A stretch of DNA of 63,333 nt, filler included, from Octopus bimaculoides (lineage: Eukaryota), in NCBI RefSeq assembly GCF_001194135.2. It is 8 parts of 8 records of this genome, joined end to end, with 100 filler letters (N's around TTAATTAATTAA, not from the genome) between each part and the next. Parts side by side here need not be neighbours in the genome. Positions count along the whole stretch, not along the records: positions 49,819 to 55,428 come from NC_068991.1; positions 55,529 to 60,561 come from NW_026439602.1; positions 60,662 to 63,333 come from NC_068983.1; 5 more parts are not named here. One strand, 5' to 3'. The position numbers and the translations under genes were made by a program. Shown here in pieces: positions 52,760 through 63,333 of this stretch. Within the stretch, counting starts at the first letter, position 1. The number at the start of each line of letters is the position of its first letter. The notes under the pieces are model-generated. The model was not told the origin of the DNA and made no database searches. It was given only the letters and a program-made list of their open reading frames with translations.

Positions 52760-52920
52760 TTGCATACATATTGGGGTCTGTCTCCCCATATATTTTATCT
52801 GCTTAGCCTTTTTAGAGCTCAACATACAACATGTTAACAGTAACTTACTTAAACATGTATGTACATTTATATCACCACATCATTCTATTTAGTTTCATAA
52901 TGCTATAGTCATAATTTTGT

Positions 52921-53209
52921 GGAGGCGCAATGGCCCAGTAGTTAGGGCAATGGACTCGCGGTCGGAGGATCATGGATTCGATTCCCAGACCGGGTGTTGT
53001 GTGTGTTTATTGAGCGAAAACACCTAAAGCTCCACGAGGCTCCGGCAGGGGGTGGTGGCGACCCCTGTTGTACTCTTTCGCCCCAACTTTCTCTCACTTT
53101 TTCTTCCTGTTTCTTGAGTAACACTGCGATGGACTGGCATCACATCCAGCTGGGGGGAAACACATACGCCATAGAAACTGGGCCCATGAGCCTGGCTAGG
53201 CTTGAAAAG
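52921..53209 (+). mobile_element. tRNA-derived SINE (family C-type head), near full length
   Basis: GGAGGCGCAATGGCCCAGTAGTTAGGGC...GGATTCGATTCCCAGACC head; tail GGCCCATGAGCCTGGCTAGGCTT, whose complement is also at about 48150-48193. Confidence 0.75.
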
Positions 53210-53429
53210 TCATAATTTTATCCCTGCTTTTCATGCCAGTATAGGTTGGACAGTTTGACAGGATCAAATGTGCGAGATAGACACACAGACATATAGTAAG
53301 TTAGTCTTAACAGGTAATACCTAGTATAATTGTAAATAATGTAAATAATCCCCTCTTCTGTAAGCCACCTGTCCGTCTGTCATACTTTAATTTCCCATCA
53401 CCTGGCATAAGGCCACCTCCTTTGAAGCT

Positions 53430-53672
53430 ATACCTCGTCAGTTGAGGATCTGGTCTTGTAAGTTACTCGATGAGCTCACAAGTGCCAGGGTCATGCAAAA
53501 AGCATCCAGTACACACTGTAAAGTGGTTTGCACATTAAGAAGGATGTCCAGCTACAAAAACCATGACATTAGGGTTTGACGCAGTCCTATGCCTCACTGG
53601 GCTCTAATTGAACCATCCAAACCCAGCCAGCATGAAAAACGGATGTTAAATAATGATGATGATGATGAAGAT
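53430..53672 (+). mobile_element. SINE-like repeat (family D) with (GAT)n tail
   Basis: ...AAGAAGGATGTCCAGCTACAAAAACC...CCAGCATGAAAAACGGATGTTAAATAATGATGATGATG; an antisense relative lies at about 50040-50170. Confidence 0.55.
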
Positions 53673-54469
53673 TTTTAACACTCAAAATATTACACATGTT
53701 AGCATTAACTTACTAAATGTTTGATAGAAATTCATGAAATATAATCATGTGCCATTGCCATAAAAAAAATGGTGAGTTATGTTTTGTAGTAGGTAATTCT
53801 TCAAAGAAACGATAAGTAGAGAACTTTGAATGATGTTATGTGCTTGATCATCCCAGTCTAAGTATAAGCATATATGTGGTGAAATAGAACCTAACGTACT
53901 TAATGTAATGATTTAAAAAAATCTCTTAATTAAAATTACACCTAGAGAGAAGAAAAAGAAAGAAAAAATTCATTAGTTTTAATGATTAAGGATGGGCAGA
54001 GATGGGAACTTTGAATTAAAAAATTAAACGAGGAGGAGGGAAGCACTGGAGGAGTTAATGTAGAGTTTTGCTTGATAACGATTTCTTTAATTTGCCATGG
54101 GGGCATCAGATGAGAGGAATATTACACGGACTGCTTACAGTTTGTGTGGGTGTTTACATGGAAGATGAAGGAAAAGGAGGAGACGATGAAGTAAGATAAA
54201 AGTATACAGAATATGCAAAGTATGTGAACACATGAATGATGAAGTCCTTCTGATACTGGTGAACCCCCAACTGGGACCAATCAAAGAACTCCACAGACCC
54301 AGGATCAACCTGACAACGAAAAGGACAAGCCCTTGCCCAAATGTTGTTCTCCAGTCTATGGGTAAAAAGCTTAGCATAGGTTCATTTACCTTAACCCTTT
54401 TTGCTACCCATCTTTTGACAAATAATCCTTTCGACTACAGGTACAAAACTAGGTAATTTTTTTGAAGGT

Positions 54470-54840
54470 GTGTGTGTGCAAATTGACCTCAGTGTGCATC
54501 TGGTACTTCTTTTATTGATCCTACATGGATGAAAAACAGATGTTGATGCCAGTGGTATTTGAACTCAGAACATAACGAAGAGGAGGTGTCACTAAGCATT
54601 TTGTCCAGCACTTTAACAATTCTGCCAGCTTGTTGCTTTAATAATAATAATAATAATGGTCTCAAATTTTGCCACAAGGGCAGCATTTATTTTTGAGGAG
54701 GGAATGAGTCGATTACATTGACCCCCAGTGTTTAACAGGTACTTATTTTATCGACCCTGAAAGGATGAAAGGTAAAGCTGATTTCAGCGCAATTTGAACT
54801 CAGAACGTACCAACGGGCGAAATACTGCTAAACATTTCGT
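54470..54840 (-). mobile_element. Two SINE-B copies in tandem separated by (AAT)n
   Basis: Family B core twice; TAATAATAATAATAAT linker at about 54640-54657. Confidence 0.8.
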
Positions 54841-55369
54841 CCAAAGGAATGATGAACGCGTGCGCACGCACACACAGTGAAAGAGAAAAGAAGAGATAAG
54901 AGATGCCGGATGAGCGTACATATTAGGCTAGGTGGCAGGTAATGAGTAGAAGAACGCTATACACACAGTGAGAGAAGAAGGAATCAAAGGTAGACAAAGA
55001 CGAGAGGGAGTAAAATGACAGAATAGTTATGGAAGGTGTTATACAAATAAAAAATTTGTTTTATACTTCATTTTACTCTAAGGTATCATGAAAATTAATA
55101 TTCATTTCATCATTTTGTATAAGCGCCAAGAAATTTGATAAAAGTTAAATCACAGTTAAGCCATATTTTTTGATAGTACCCATGAAGGCAAAATATACAT
55201 TCAGAAGTTACCCGTCATAGGAAGGGTAACACTATTTACTAATAAACAGATACCATAGCTCGCTTACGTAGTCAGCACTTGGCCTTAATAGATACTTTCG
55301 AGATAATGTTTTCAATATTACAGAATTAAAAATATATATGAAAGGTAATAAAATATGCCGCCTGTGCAA

Positions 55370-55428
<59 letters not shown>

Positions 55429-55529
55429 NNNNNNNNNNNNNNNNNNNNNNNNNNNNNNNNNNNNNNNNNNNNTTAATTAATTAANNNNNNNNNNNNNNNN
55501 NNNNNNNNNNNNNNNNNNNNNNNNNNNNC

Positions 55530-55550
55530 ATACACACACACACACAAGCA

Positions 55551-55581
<31 letters not shown>

Positions 55582-56011
55582 AACATACACACACACACAC
55601 AAGCATCTCTCCTATCTCTTTCTGCCACTCTCTCTCTCCCCTTCTCTGTCTCTCTCAGTCTTTCTCTCCCTCCCTCTATCTCTCTCTGCTTCTCTGCCTC
55701 TCTCTCTCTCCCTCTATCTATCTTTCTCTCTCTCTCTTCCTACCTCCTACTTTCTCCCACCCCATTCTTGACACCATCTTTAAACCCCTCTCTTTCTATT
55801 CTCTCATATTTTTCTTCATCCTTTCTCTTTCCCCGCTCTCTTTCTCTCTCTCTGTCTCTCTCCCTCTACTCATTTCTCTCCGTCTCTTTCTATACATCTT
55901 CTTTTCCTCTCTCGGTTTTTTCTCACTATCTCTCTACTTCCCCCCTCTCTCTCTCTCTGTGTTTTCCTTTACTCTTTCCCTTTTCCCTCTCTGCCTATCT
56001 CCCTCGCTTTC

Positions 56012-56053
<42 letters not shown>

Positions 56054-56185
56054 ATTTCAAAATTTGTTCTCTCTCTTATCCAATCTTTCTGTTTGTCCCT
56101 CCCTATTTCTAACGGCCTCCCTCTATAAATCTCTCACTCTCTCTTTCTCTCTCTCTCATCCTATCTCTGTTTCTCTCATTGTCTC
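55530..56185. repeat. Long (CT)-rich polypyrimidine low-complexity tract
   Basis: Seen directly. Confidence 0.9.
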
Positions 56186-57144
56186 NNNNNNNNNNNNNNN
56201 NNNNNNNNNNNNNNNNNNNNNNNNNNNNNNNNNNNNNNNNNNNNNNNNNNNNNNNNNNNNNNNNNNNNNNNNNNNNNNNNNNNNNNNNNNNNNNNNNNNN
56301 NNNNNNNNNNNNNNNNNNNNNNNNNNNNNNNNNNNNNNNNNNNNNNNNNNNNNNNNNNNNNNNNNNNNNNNNNNNNNNNNNNNNNNNNNNNNNNNNNNNN
56401 NNNNNNNNNNNNNNNNNNNNNNNNNNNNNNNNNNNNNNNNNNNNNNNNNNNNNNNNNNNNNNNNNNNNNNNNNNNNNNNNNNNNNNNNNNNNNNNNNNNN
56501 NNNNNNNNNNNNNNNNNNNNNNNNNNNNNNNNNNNNNNNNNNNNNNNNNNNNNNNNNNNNNNNNNNNNNNNNNNNNNNNNNNNNNNNNNNNNNNNNNNNN
56601 NNNNNNNNNNNNNNNNNNNNNNNNNNNNNNNNNNNNNNNNNNNNNNNNNNNNNNNNNNNNNNNNNNNNNNNNNNNNNNNNNNNNNNNNNNNNNNNNNNNN
56701 NNNNNNNNNNNNNNNNNNNNNNNNNNNNNNNNNNNNNNNNNNNNNNNNNNNNNNNNNNNNNNNNNNNNNNNNNNNNNNNNNNNNNNNNNNNNNNNNNNNN
56801 NNNNNNNNNNNNNNNNNNNNNNNNNNNNNNNNNNNNNNNNNNNNNNNNNNNNNNNNNNNNNNNNNNNNNNNNNNNNNNNNNNNNNNNNNNNNNNNNNNNN
56901 NNNNNNNNNNNNNNNNNNNNNNNNNNNNNNNNNNNNNNNNNNNNNNNNNNNNNNNNNNNNNNNNNNNNNNNNNNNNNNNNNNNNNNNNNNNNNNNNNNNN
57001 NNNNNNNNNNNNNNNNNNNNNNNNNNNNNNNNNNNNNNNNNNNNNNNNNNNNNNNNNNNNNNNNNNNNNNNNNNNNNNNNNNNNNNNNNNNNNNNNNNNN
57101 NNNNNNNNNNNNNNNNNNNNNNNNNNNNNNNNNNNNNNNNNNNN

Positions 57145-57500
57145 ACACAAAGGCATACACACACATACACATACACGTGGGTACATAAAGACATACACAC
57201 ACACACATACACATACATACACGTGAGTACACAAAGACATACACACACATACACATACACGTGGGTACATAGAGACATACACACACACGCATACACATAC
57301 ACGTGGGTACACAAAGACATACACAAAGACATACAAACACACATACACATACTCGTGGGTACATGAAGGCATACATATACACATATGCGCACGCACACAC
57401 ACACACACAGACACACACACACACAAACATACACACTTGGATACACAAAAATATACACATGCACATACGCACACTCACACACATGGGTACACAGACATAT
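57145..57500. repeat. CA-rich minisatellite with recurring CACGTGGGTACA unit
   Basis: Seen directly. Confidence 0.8.
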
Positions 57501-57532
57501 ACATACATACACACACATACGTAAGCACACAC

Positions 57533-57712
57533 TTTTGGTGCAAGGTCAGCAATTTCGGAAGAACGAGCAAGGTGGTTACATCGAACCCAGTACTCAACTG
57601 GTATTCATTTCATCGACCTCCCGAGTACGAAAGGCAAAGTCGACTTTGACGGAATTTGAACGAAATGCCGCAAAGCGTTTCGGTCCATATGCGAACGATT
57701 CTCTCAGTTCGT
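57533..57712 (-). mobile_element. SINE-B, degraded
   Basis: GAAAGGCAAAGTCGACTTTGACGGAATTTGAAC. Confidence 0.7.
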
Positions 57713-58996
57713 AACCTAAAACACACATGAATGATATTTGAAGACATTCTATCAGTCATTTACTTGCTTCAGTCATTTGGCTGTGGCCAAACTGGAGCAA
57801 CACAATCCTGTGCCTATTTCATAGAGACTCATAAAAAGGTGCATATGTGTGCGTGTATGTGTGTGTGTGCGCACGCGCACGCGTGTTGTTTGTGTTGGGG
57901 GGGGGGCGTGCATATGCACGTATGGGTCTGTGTATAAGTAAATATATTAATTAGTAACATTTAAAGAAAACACAAACCTAATATATATCTACCTTCATAC
58001 ATACACGTAAGTATATCTTCCNNNNNNNNNNNNNNNNNNNNNNNNNNNNNNNNNNNNNNNNNNNNNNNNNNNNNNNNNNNNNNNNNNNNNNNNNNNNNNN
58101 NNNNNNNNNNNNNNNNNNNNNNNNNNNNNNNNNNNNNNNNNNNNNNNNNNNNNNNNNNNNNNNNNNNNNNNNNNNNNNNNNNNNNNNNNNNNNNNNNNNN
58201 NNNNNNNNNNNNNNNNNNNNNNNNNNNNNNNNNNNNNNNNNNNNNNNNNNNNNNNNNNNNNNNNNNNNNNNNNNNNNNNNNNNNNNNNNNNNNNNNNNNN
58301 NNNNNNNNNNNNNNNNNNNNNNNNNNNNNNNNNNNNNNNNNNNNNNNNNNNNNNNNNNNNNNNNNNNNNNNNNNNNNNNNNNNNNNNNNNNNNNNNNNNN
58401 NNNNNNNNNNNNNNNNNNNNNNNNNNNNNNNNNNNNNNNNNNNNNNNNNNNNNNNNNNNNNNNNNNNNNNNNNNNNNNNNNNNNNNNNNNNNNNNNNNNN
58501 NNNNNNNNNNNNNNNNNNNNNNNNNNNNNNNNNNNNNNNNNNNNNNNNNNNNNNNNNNNNNNNNNNNNNNNNNNNNNNNNNNNNNNNNNNNNNNNNNNNN
58601 NNNNNNNNNNNNNNNNNNNNNNNNNNNNNNNNNNNNNNNNNNNNNNNNNNNNNNNNNNNNNNNNNNNNNNNNNNNNNNNNNNNNNNNNNNNNNNNNNNNN
58701 NNNNNNNNNNNNNNNNNNNNNNNNNNNNNNNNNNNNNNNNNNNNNNNNNNNNNNNNNNNNNNNNNNNNNNNNNNNNNNNNNNNNNNNNNNNNNNNNNNNN
58801 NNNNNNNNNNNNNNNNNNNNNNNNNNNNNNNNNNNNNNNNNNNNNNNNNNNNNNNNNNNNNNNNNNNNNNNNNNNNNNNNNNNNNNNNNNCACAGTAATA
58901 AATATCCTAGATGTATTTTGTGTCCAGAGATATTATTCTCAACGATTTTAAAGCATTGTGCCTATAGGAAAAAGCATTATTTCTTCTCTTTGTTTT

Positions 58997-59218
58997 AAGG
59001 CGGCGAGATAGCAGAGACGTTAACACGCAGGACAAAATGCTTAGCGACATTTAGCCCGCCTTTACGTCGTTCTGAGTTCAAAACCCGCCTAGATCGACTT
59101 TGTCTCTCATCCTTTCTGGGTCAATAAAATAAGTACGAGACAAGTACTGGAGATGATGTAATCAACTTCTCCTTTGCCTCAACAACACTGCTGGCTCTGT
59201 TTCAAAATTTGAGACCAT
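58997..59218 (+). mobile_element. SINE-B
   Basis: AAGGCGGCGAGATAGCAGA...GTTCTGAGTTCAAAA...CATCCTTTCTGGGTCAATAAAATAAGTAC. Confidence 0.8.
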
Positions 59219-59880
59219 TATTTGATTCATCGGTTTTCAGTGAATTTTTCTAAATTTCGTCTGAACTTCAAACAGATATAACAAAAAATGTTTGTAAATA
59301 GAAAGGCGAATTTCTGTAGAGAGGTGATTTTTCTGTATACATGTATTGAATGTTCCGTACTTCCCATTAACATATTGGTAACTACATTTAAGATATTGCA
59401 ATTTTCTGCAATACATAATTTACATCAATTACATCGTTTACCATGGCAATTATATATGACTTGGCTTTTTCGCTAATATTCTGTTTTATAGTAACACTTT
59501 TGACTCAAGTGATTGTCTTTTTGTTTCCATATATATTGAGACAAAAGAGTAAAGCAGTTTTTTCTTGCAGAAAATAATAAATTATATTCAGTCATCATCT
59601 ACCGTTCTAATACATACACATATATAAACAAATATATACACAATCACGCATATACAGAAGCAACTATGCATATACAAGCACACGGTGGGTTTGGTACATG
59701 GAAACTGGAAGAAGCCTGTCATATGAGTGTGTGTGAGTGTGTATCTGAATGTCTGTGGGTTTTTGAGTGTGTATCTATGTGTATGTATCTTTGTGCTTGT
59801 GTCCATCACCCCACCACAGCATGATAACCGATGTTGGTTTCTTTACATCCCCGTAACTTAACGTGACTTAACAAATCCAT

Positions 59881-59923
59881 GTGAATGGATTTGGTAGACG
59901 GAAACTGAAAGAAGCTCGTCGTA

Positions 59924-59969
<46 letters not shown>

Positions 59970-60172
59970 TTTGTGCCTGTATTTGTCCCCCATCACCGCT
60001 TGTCAACTGGTGTTGGCGTGTTTACGTCCCCGTAACATAGCGGTTCGGCAAAAGAAACAGATAGAATACGAGGCTTACAAAGAATAAGTACTGGGGTCGA
60101 TTTGTTCGACTAAAAACCCTTCAAGGCGGAGCTCCAGCATGGCCGCAGTCAAATGACTGAAACAAGTAAAAG
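59881..60172 (+). mobile_element. SINE-A body and tail
   Basis: Family A motifs. Confidence 0.85.
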
Positions 60173-60520
60173 TGAAACAGAATAATAGAATATATATATC
60201 TGCGTATGTGTGAGTGTATTCAAGTATATAGTCTTTTACACTTTTATGTTTAAATTTATTTATCACATGGACATAGGACCCTACAGATATACAAATAGAA
60301 ATACCTAAGGCAGGCTTTACTTAGCCATGGACGGATGCGCGTGCATTTCTGACGATAACATATTTGGCAAAGTCAACTTTCAGTTTCCTCTTCATCAGCG
60401 GATAGCCGAAGAGTTGGCAGTCAAAGCCAAATACACAAGGATGGTCGGACCGTTATAAAAAAATAAATACATGCCCCAGCATGGCCACAGCTCGTGCGCT
60501 GAAACTAGTTCAATTCAATT

Positions 60521-60561
<41 letters not shown>

Positions 60562-60956
60562 NNNNNNNNNNNNNNNNNNNNNNNNNNNNNNNNNNNNNNN
60601 NNNNNTTAATTAATTAANNNNNNNNNNNNNNNNNNNNNNNNNNNNNNNNNNNNNNNNNNNNATGTCAACGTTCTTTGTATCTTTTCTTTTATTCTCTCTC
60701 CCCTCTCTCTATACGATATTAAGCAGGATATGAGTTATCAGCCAACCAACCAACCAGCGAAATTTATATCGGTTGTGTCATACATATATGTGTGTATGTA
60801 CAAATATAATTGTACGTATTCAACGCTCAGACAACTCAGTTCGATACACCCAAAACACATGTGTATGCTCACACAACATACACACACACACACATGTAAT
60901 GTATGTACGTACGTACATACATACATATATACAGATAGACAGACACACAGGCAAAC

Positions 60957-61021
<65 letters not shown>

Positions 61022-61585
61022 CGCATCCCTAATATGAACATTTCAAGTAAACCATACAAGATTCCCCCTCTAAGTGCAACTATAGAAACTTAGATACTTG
61101 TCACTAGATTAGGTATGCATAGTTATTTCAGTCGTCGACGAAGCCGAGGTTCCCTCTGTTCTGCCTAAATAAGAGGACCAAAAATATATACATCGGATAA
61201 TGCGAAAGTGACTTCAAAAAAAGATAGGCCAGCCGCCAGTTTTCTTTCAAGCACCTAGATAAAAAGAAAAGTGCAAGACTAACAGCCTTATCTGACAGTT
61301 GAAGGACAGCAATATACCGCACACTAGTAAATGGAGCGTCGTAGATAGAGCTAGATCAGATATTAATGGGTAAAAATGTGCAGGCTCTGCACAGCTTAAA
61401 GAACACACATCCTTATGAGATCGAAGTACTCCACCGACACTTTAAACTCAAGAACGGAGTCTTTACACGATGAAAGTATCTCAGCAAGTTTCTTTTTTTA
61501 AACTGAAAGACTCCCCATCACCGAATTAGGCACACAGTTTAAGGCACTTTTACTTTTCCCCCCATTCAGCTACCCTCATAGGCAT

Positions 61586-62004
61586 ACTCTTTTACTTGTT
61601 TCAGTCATTTAACTGCAGCCATGCTGGAGCACCGCCTTTAGTCGAGCAAATCGACCCTAGGACTTGTTCTTTGGAAGCCTAGTACTTATTCTATCGGTCT
61701 CTTTGCCGAACCGCTAGATTACGGAGGCGTAAACACACCACCATCGGTTGTCAAGCGATGTTGGTAGGGGACAAACACAGACACACAAACATATACACAC
61801 ACACACATACATACATATATATATATACATATACATATATACGACAGGCTTCTTTCAGTTTCCGTCTACCAAATCCACTCACAAGGCATTGGTCGGCCCG
61901 AGGCTATAGTAGAAGACACTTGCTCAAGGTGCCACGCAGTGGAACTGAACCCGGAACCATGTGGTTGGTAAGCAAGATACTTACCACACAGCCACTCCTG
62001 CGCC
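61586..62004 (-). mobile_element. SINE-A full length, young-looking; partial second copy 62080-62230
   Basis: Complete head-to-tail match to family A. Confidence 0.9.
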
Positions 62005-62694
62005 TATAGTTATTTTTTATATATACAGTCAATATTAACGATATTTTCCAATCAACTGCCTTAAAGAGCTTAGTTTTTCGAAGAAATCGATCCCTGGATT
62101 TATTTTTTGTAAGCCTAGTATTTATTGTTTCGGTCTCTTTTGCTGAGCCACTAGGCTACGGGGACGTAAACACACCAACATCGGTTGTCAAGTGATGGTG
62201 GTGAGACAAGCATAGACACAAAGACACACACACTCGTGGCACAGATAAAATCCAGATTACATAACTTTCCTACCTAGCTGTTAAACGAAGGTTGCAGGTT
62301 ACATTTTTAGATTATATCTCTGGTGAGTTAGCTTAACGACAATGTAACCTCCATTTAACTCGGGTATCTTCGGCCTCGTTGAGTAATTATTACTTCCGAG
62401 GTTCTGCTAGCTAGGAGACATATGAAGCCTGGATTTTACCTACTGCATTCCCTCAATTTGGATTTTTACTCATTCGTAGCAACCCTAGTTGCTAACTGTG
62501 AACTATGAAAAAAAATTATCTTTCATCTTATCGAACTTCGATGTGGGAAAAAATCTACAGCCTTCTACGGCAATAATCTACTATTGTTCCTGAAAGTTGT
62601 TTTTCATACCTACTACGGACTGCTCGAAGTTTACTAATTTCCTACTTCTTGATCTTTGGATCTTACAATTACATACACACACACATATATAACG

Positions 62695-62939
62695 TGACCG
62701 ACAAGACTACCAGATGCTGTCACACGTCGCTGGTCTCAATGCGCTTTGCATTGTTTTAGCCATCAAATGACGCTGGCTACGCGAGCAGGTCAACACTTCC
62801 CTTTAATCGAAAGGGGACTGGAGCAACGTGAAGTAAAGTGTTTTTTGCTCAAGAACAAAACGCGCTGTCCGGTCTGGGAATCGAACCCACGAGCTAGCGA
62901 TAATGAGTGCAACAGCTTAACCACTTGGCCACGCGCCTT
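62695..62939 (-). mobile_element. tRNA-derived SINE (C-related subfamily)
   Basis: GGTCTGGGAATCGAACCC...TTAACCACTTGGCCACGCGCC head complement; shares the ACTGGAGCAACGTGAAGTAAAGTG segment with 441-778. Confidence 0.7.
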
Positions 62940-62945
62940 TGTATA

Positions 62946-62985
<40 letters not shown>

Positions 62986-62989
<4 letters not shown>

Positions 62990-63166
62990 GTAAATGGAGT
63001 AAAACGCATATGTTAATTGGATACTTTTATTTCCAACATATGTTTCGAAGATTACATTCTTATCAACATCACCTATTCCTATGGAAGGTATAATTTGTAA
63101 CCTTCGAAACATATGTTGGAAATAAAAGTATGCAGTTAACATATGCGTTTTACTCCATTTACTAAA
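62986..63166. mobile_element. MITE-like near-perfect hairpin (71-bp arms)
   Basis: 62986-63056 pairs with 63096-63166 (3 mismatches); inserted at the edge of (TA)n. Confidence 0.88.
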
Positions 63167-63333
63167 TTTATATATACTCAAGTACCCAAAATAACAAGGA
63201 GTTTCTACCTCATAAACAGGAGTTACACCACAGTCATTTTGTGATCTTTGCTACCCTGGTATCTATTAACCAATTTATTTTGTCCGAGTTAATTATTAAC
63301 TAGGAGAAAATAAATACATATAATAAAATATAT

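Noticed and set aside
55768-57532. Long ORFs in the track (up to 473 aa), and similar ones at 2940-3637, 7670-8323, 8789-9790 and 48016-49096
   Set aside because: Composed of X from N gaps plus dinucleotide-repeat peptides (HT, CV, YI, LS); not genes.
60370-60415. Minus-strand CTGATGA-AGAG-GAAAC, and plus-strand CTGATGA at 2374 and 52641
   Set aside because: No helix II or helix I can be formed.
61230-61500. Protein-like frame interrupted by three stops (KHLDKKKSARL...HPYEIEVLHRHFKLKNGVF)
   Set aside because: No recognisable motif; probably a decayed retroelement but unassignable without a search.

Overview
Eukaryotic, AT-rich, repeat-saturated genomic DNA with many N gaps. No host protein-coding gene, rRNA, functional tRNA or CRISPR array can be supported. 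The repeat vocabulary (tRNA-headed SINE families, dense CA/TA/GATA/TAA microsatellites, RTE, CR1, R4/Dong and Tx1-like LINE fragments) looks like a draft coleoid cephalopod (Octopus-like) scaffold; that taxon call is inference. The best-defined elements are an internally deleted hAT (hATm-like) transposon with TIRs and an 8-bp TSD (4933-6766), a Gypsy LTR element lacking RT/RNase H and nested inside a SINE (16597-20047), a LINE cluster at 43.5-47 kb with R4/Dong-like pieces abutting (TAA)n, and several MITEs/foldbacks. The most interesting signals are RNA-structural: a hammerhead-ribozyme candidate with an intact catalytic core (23507-23599), a tRNA-headed element carrying a damaged hammerhead-like motif (44665-44982), a 73-bp inverted repeat whose loop is a tRNA-like Pol III head (36997-37251), and a foldback family with hammerhead-like remnants (40019-40658, 62986-63166). 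Nearly all ORFs in the supplied track are microsatellite or N-gap artefacts.
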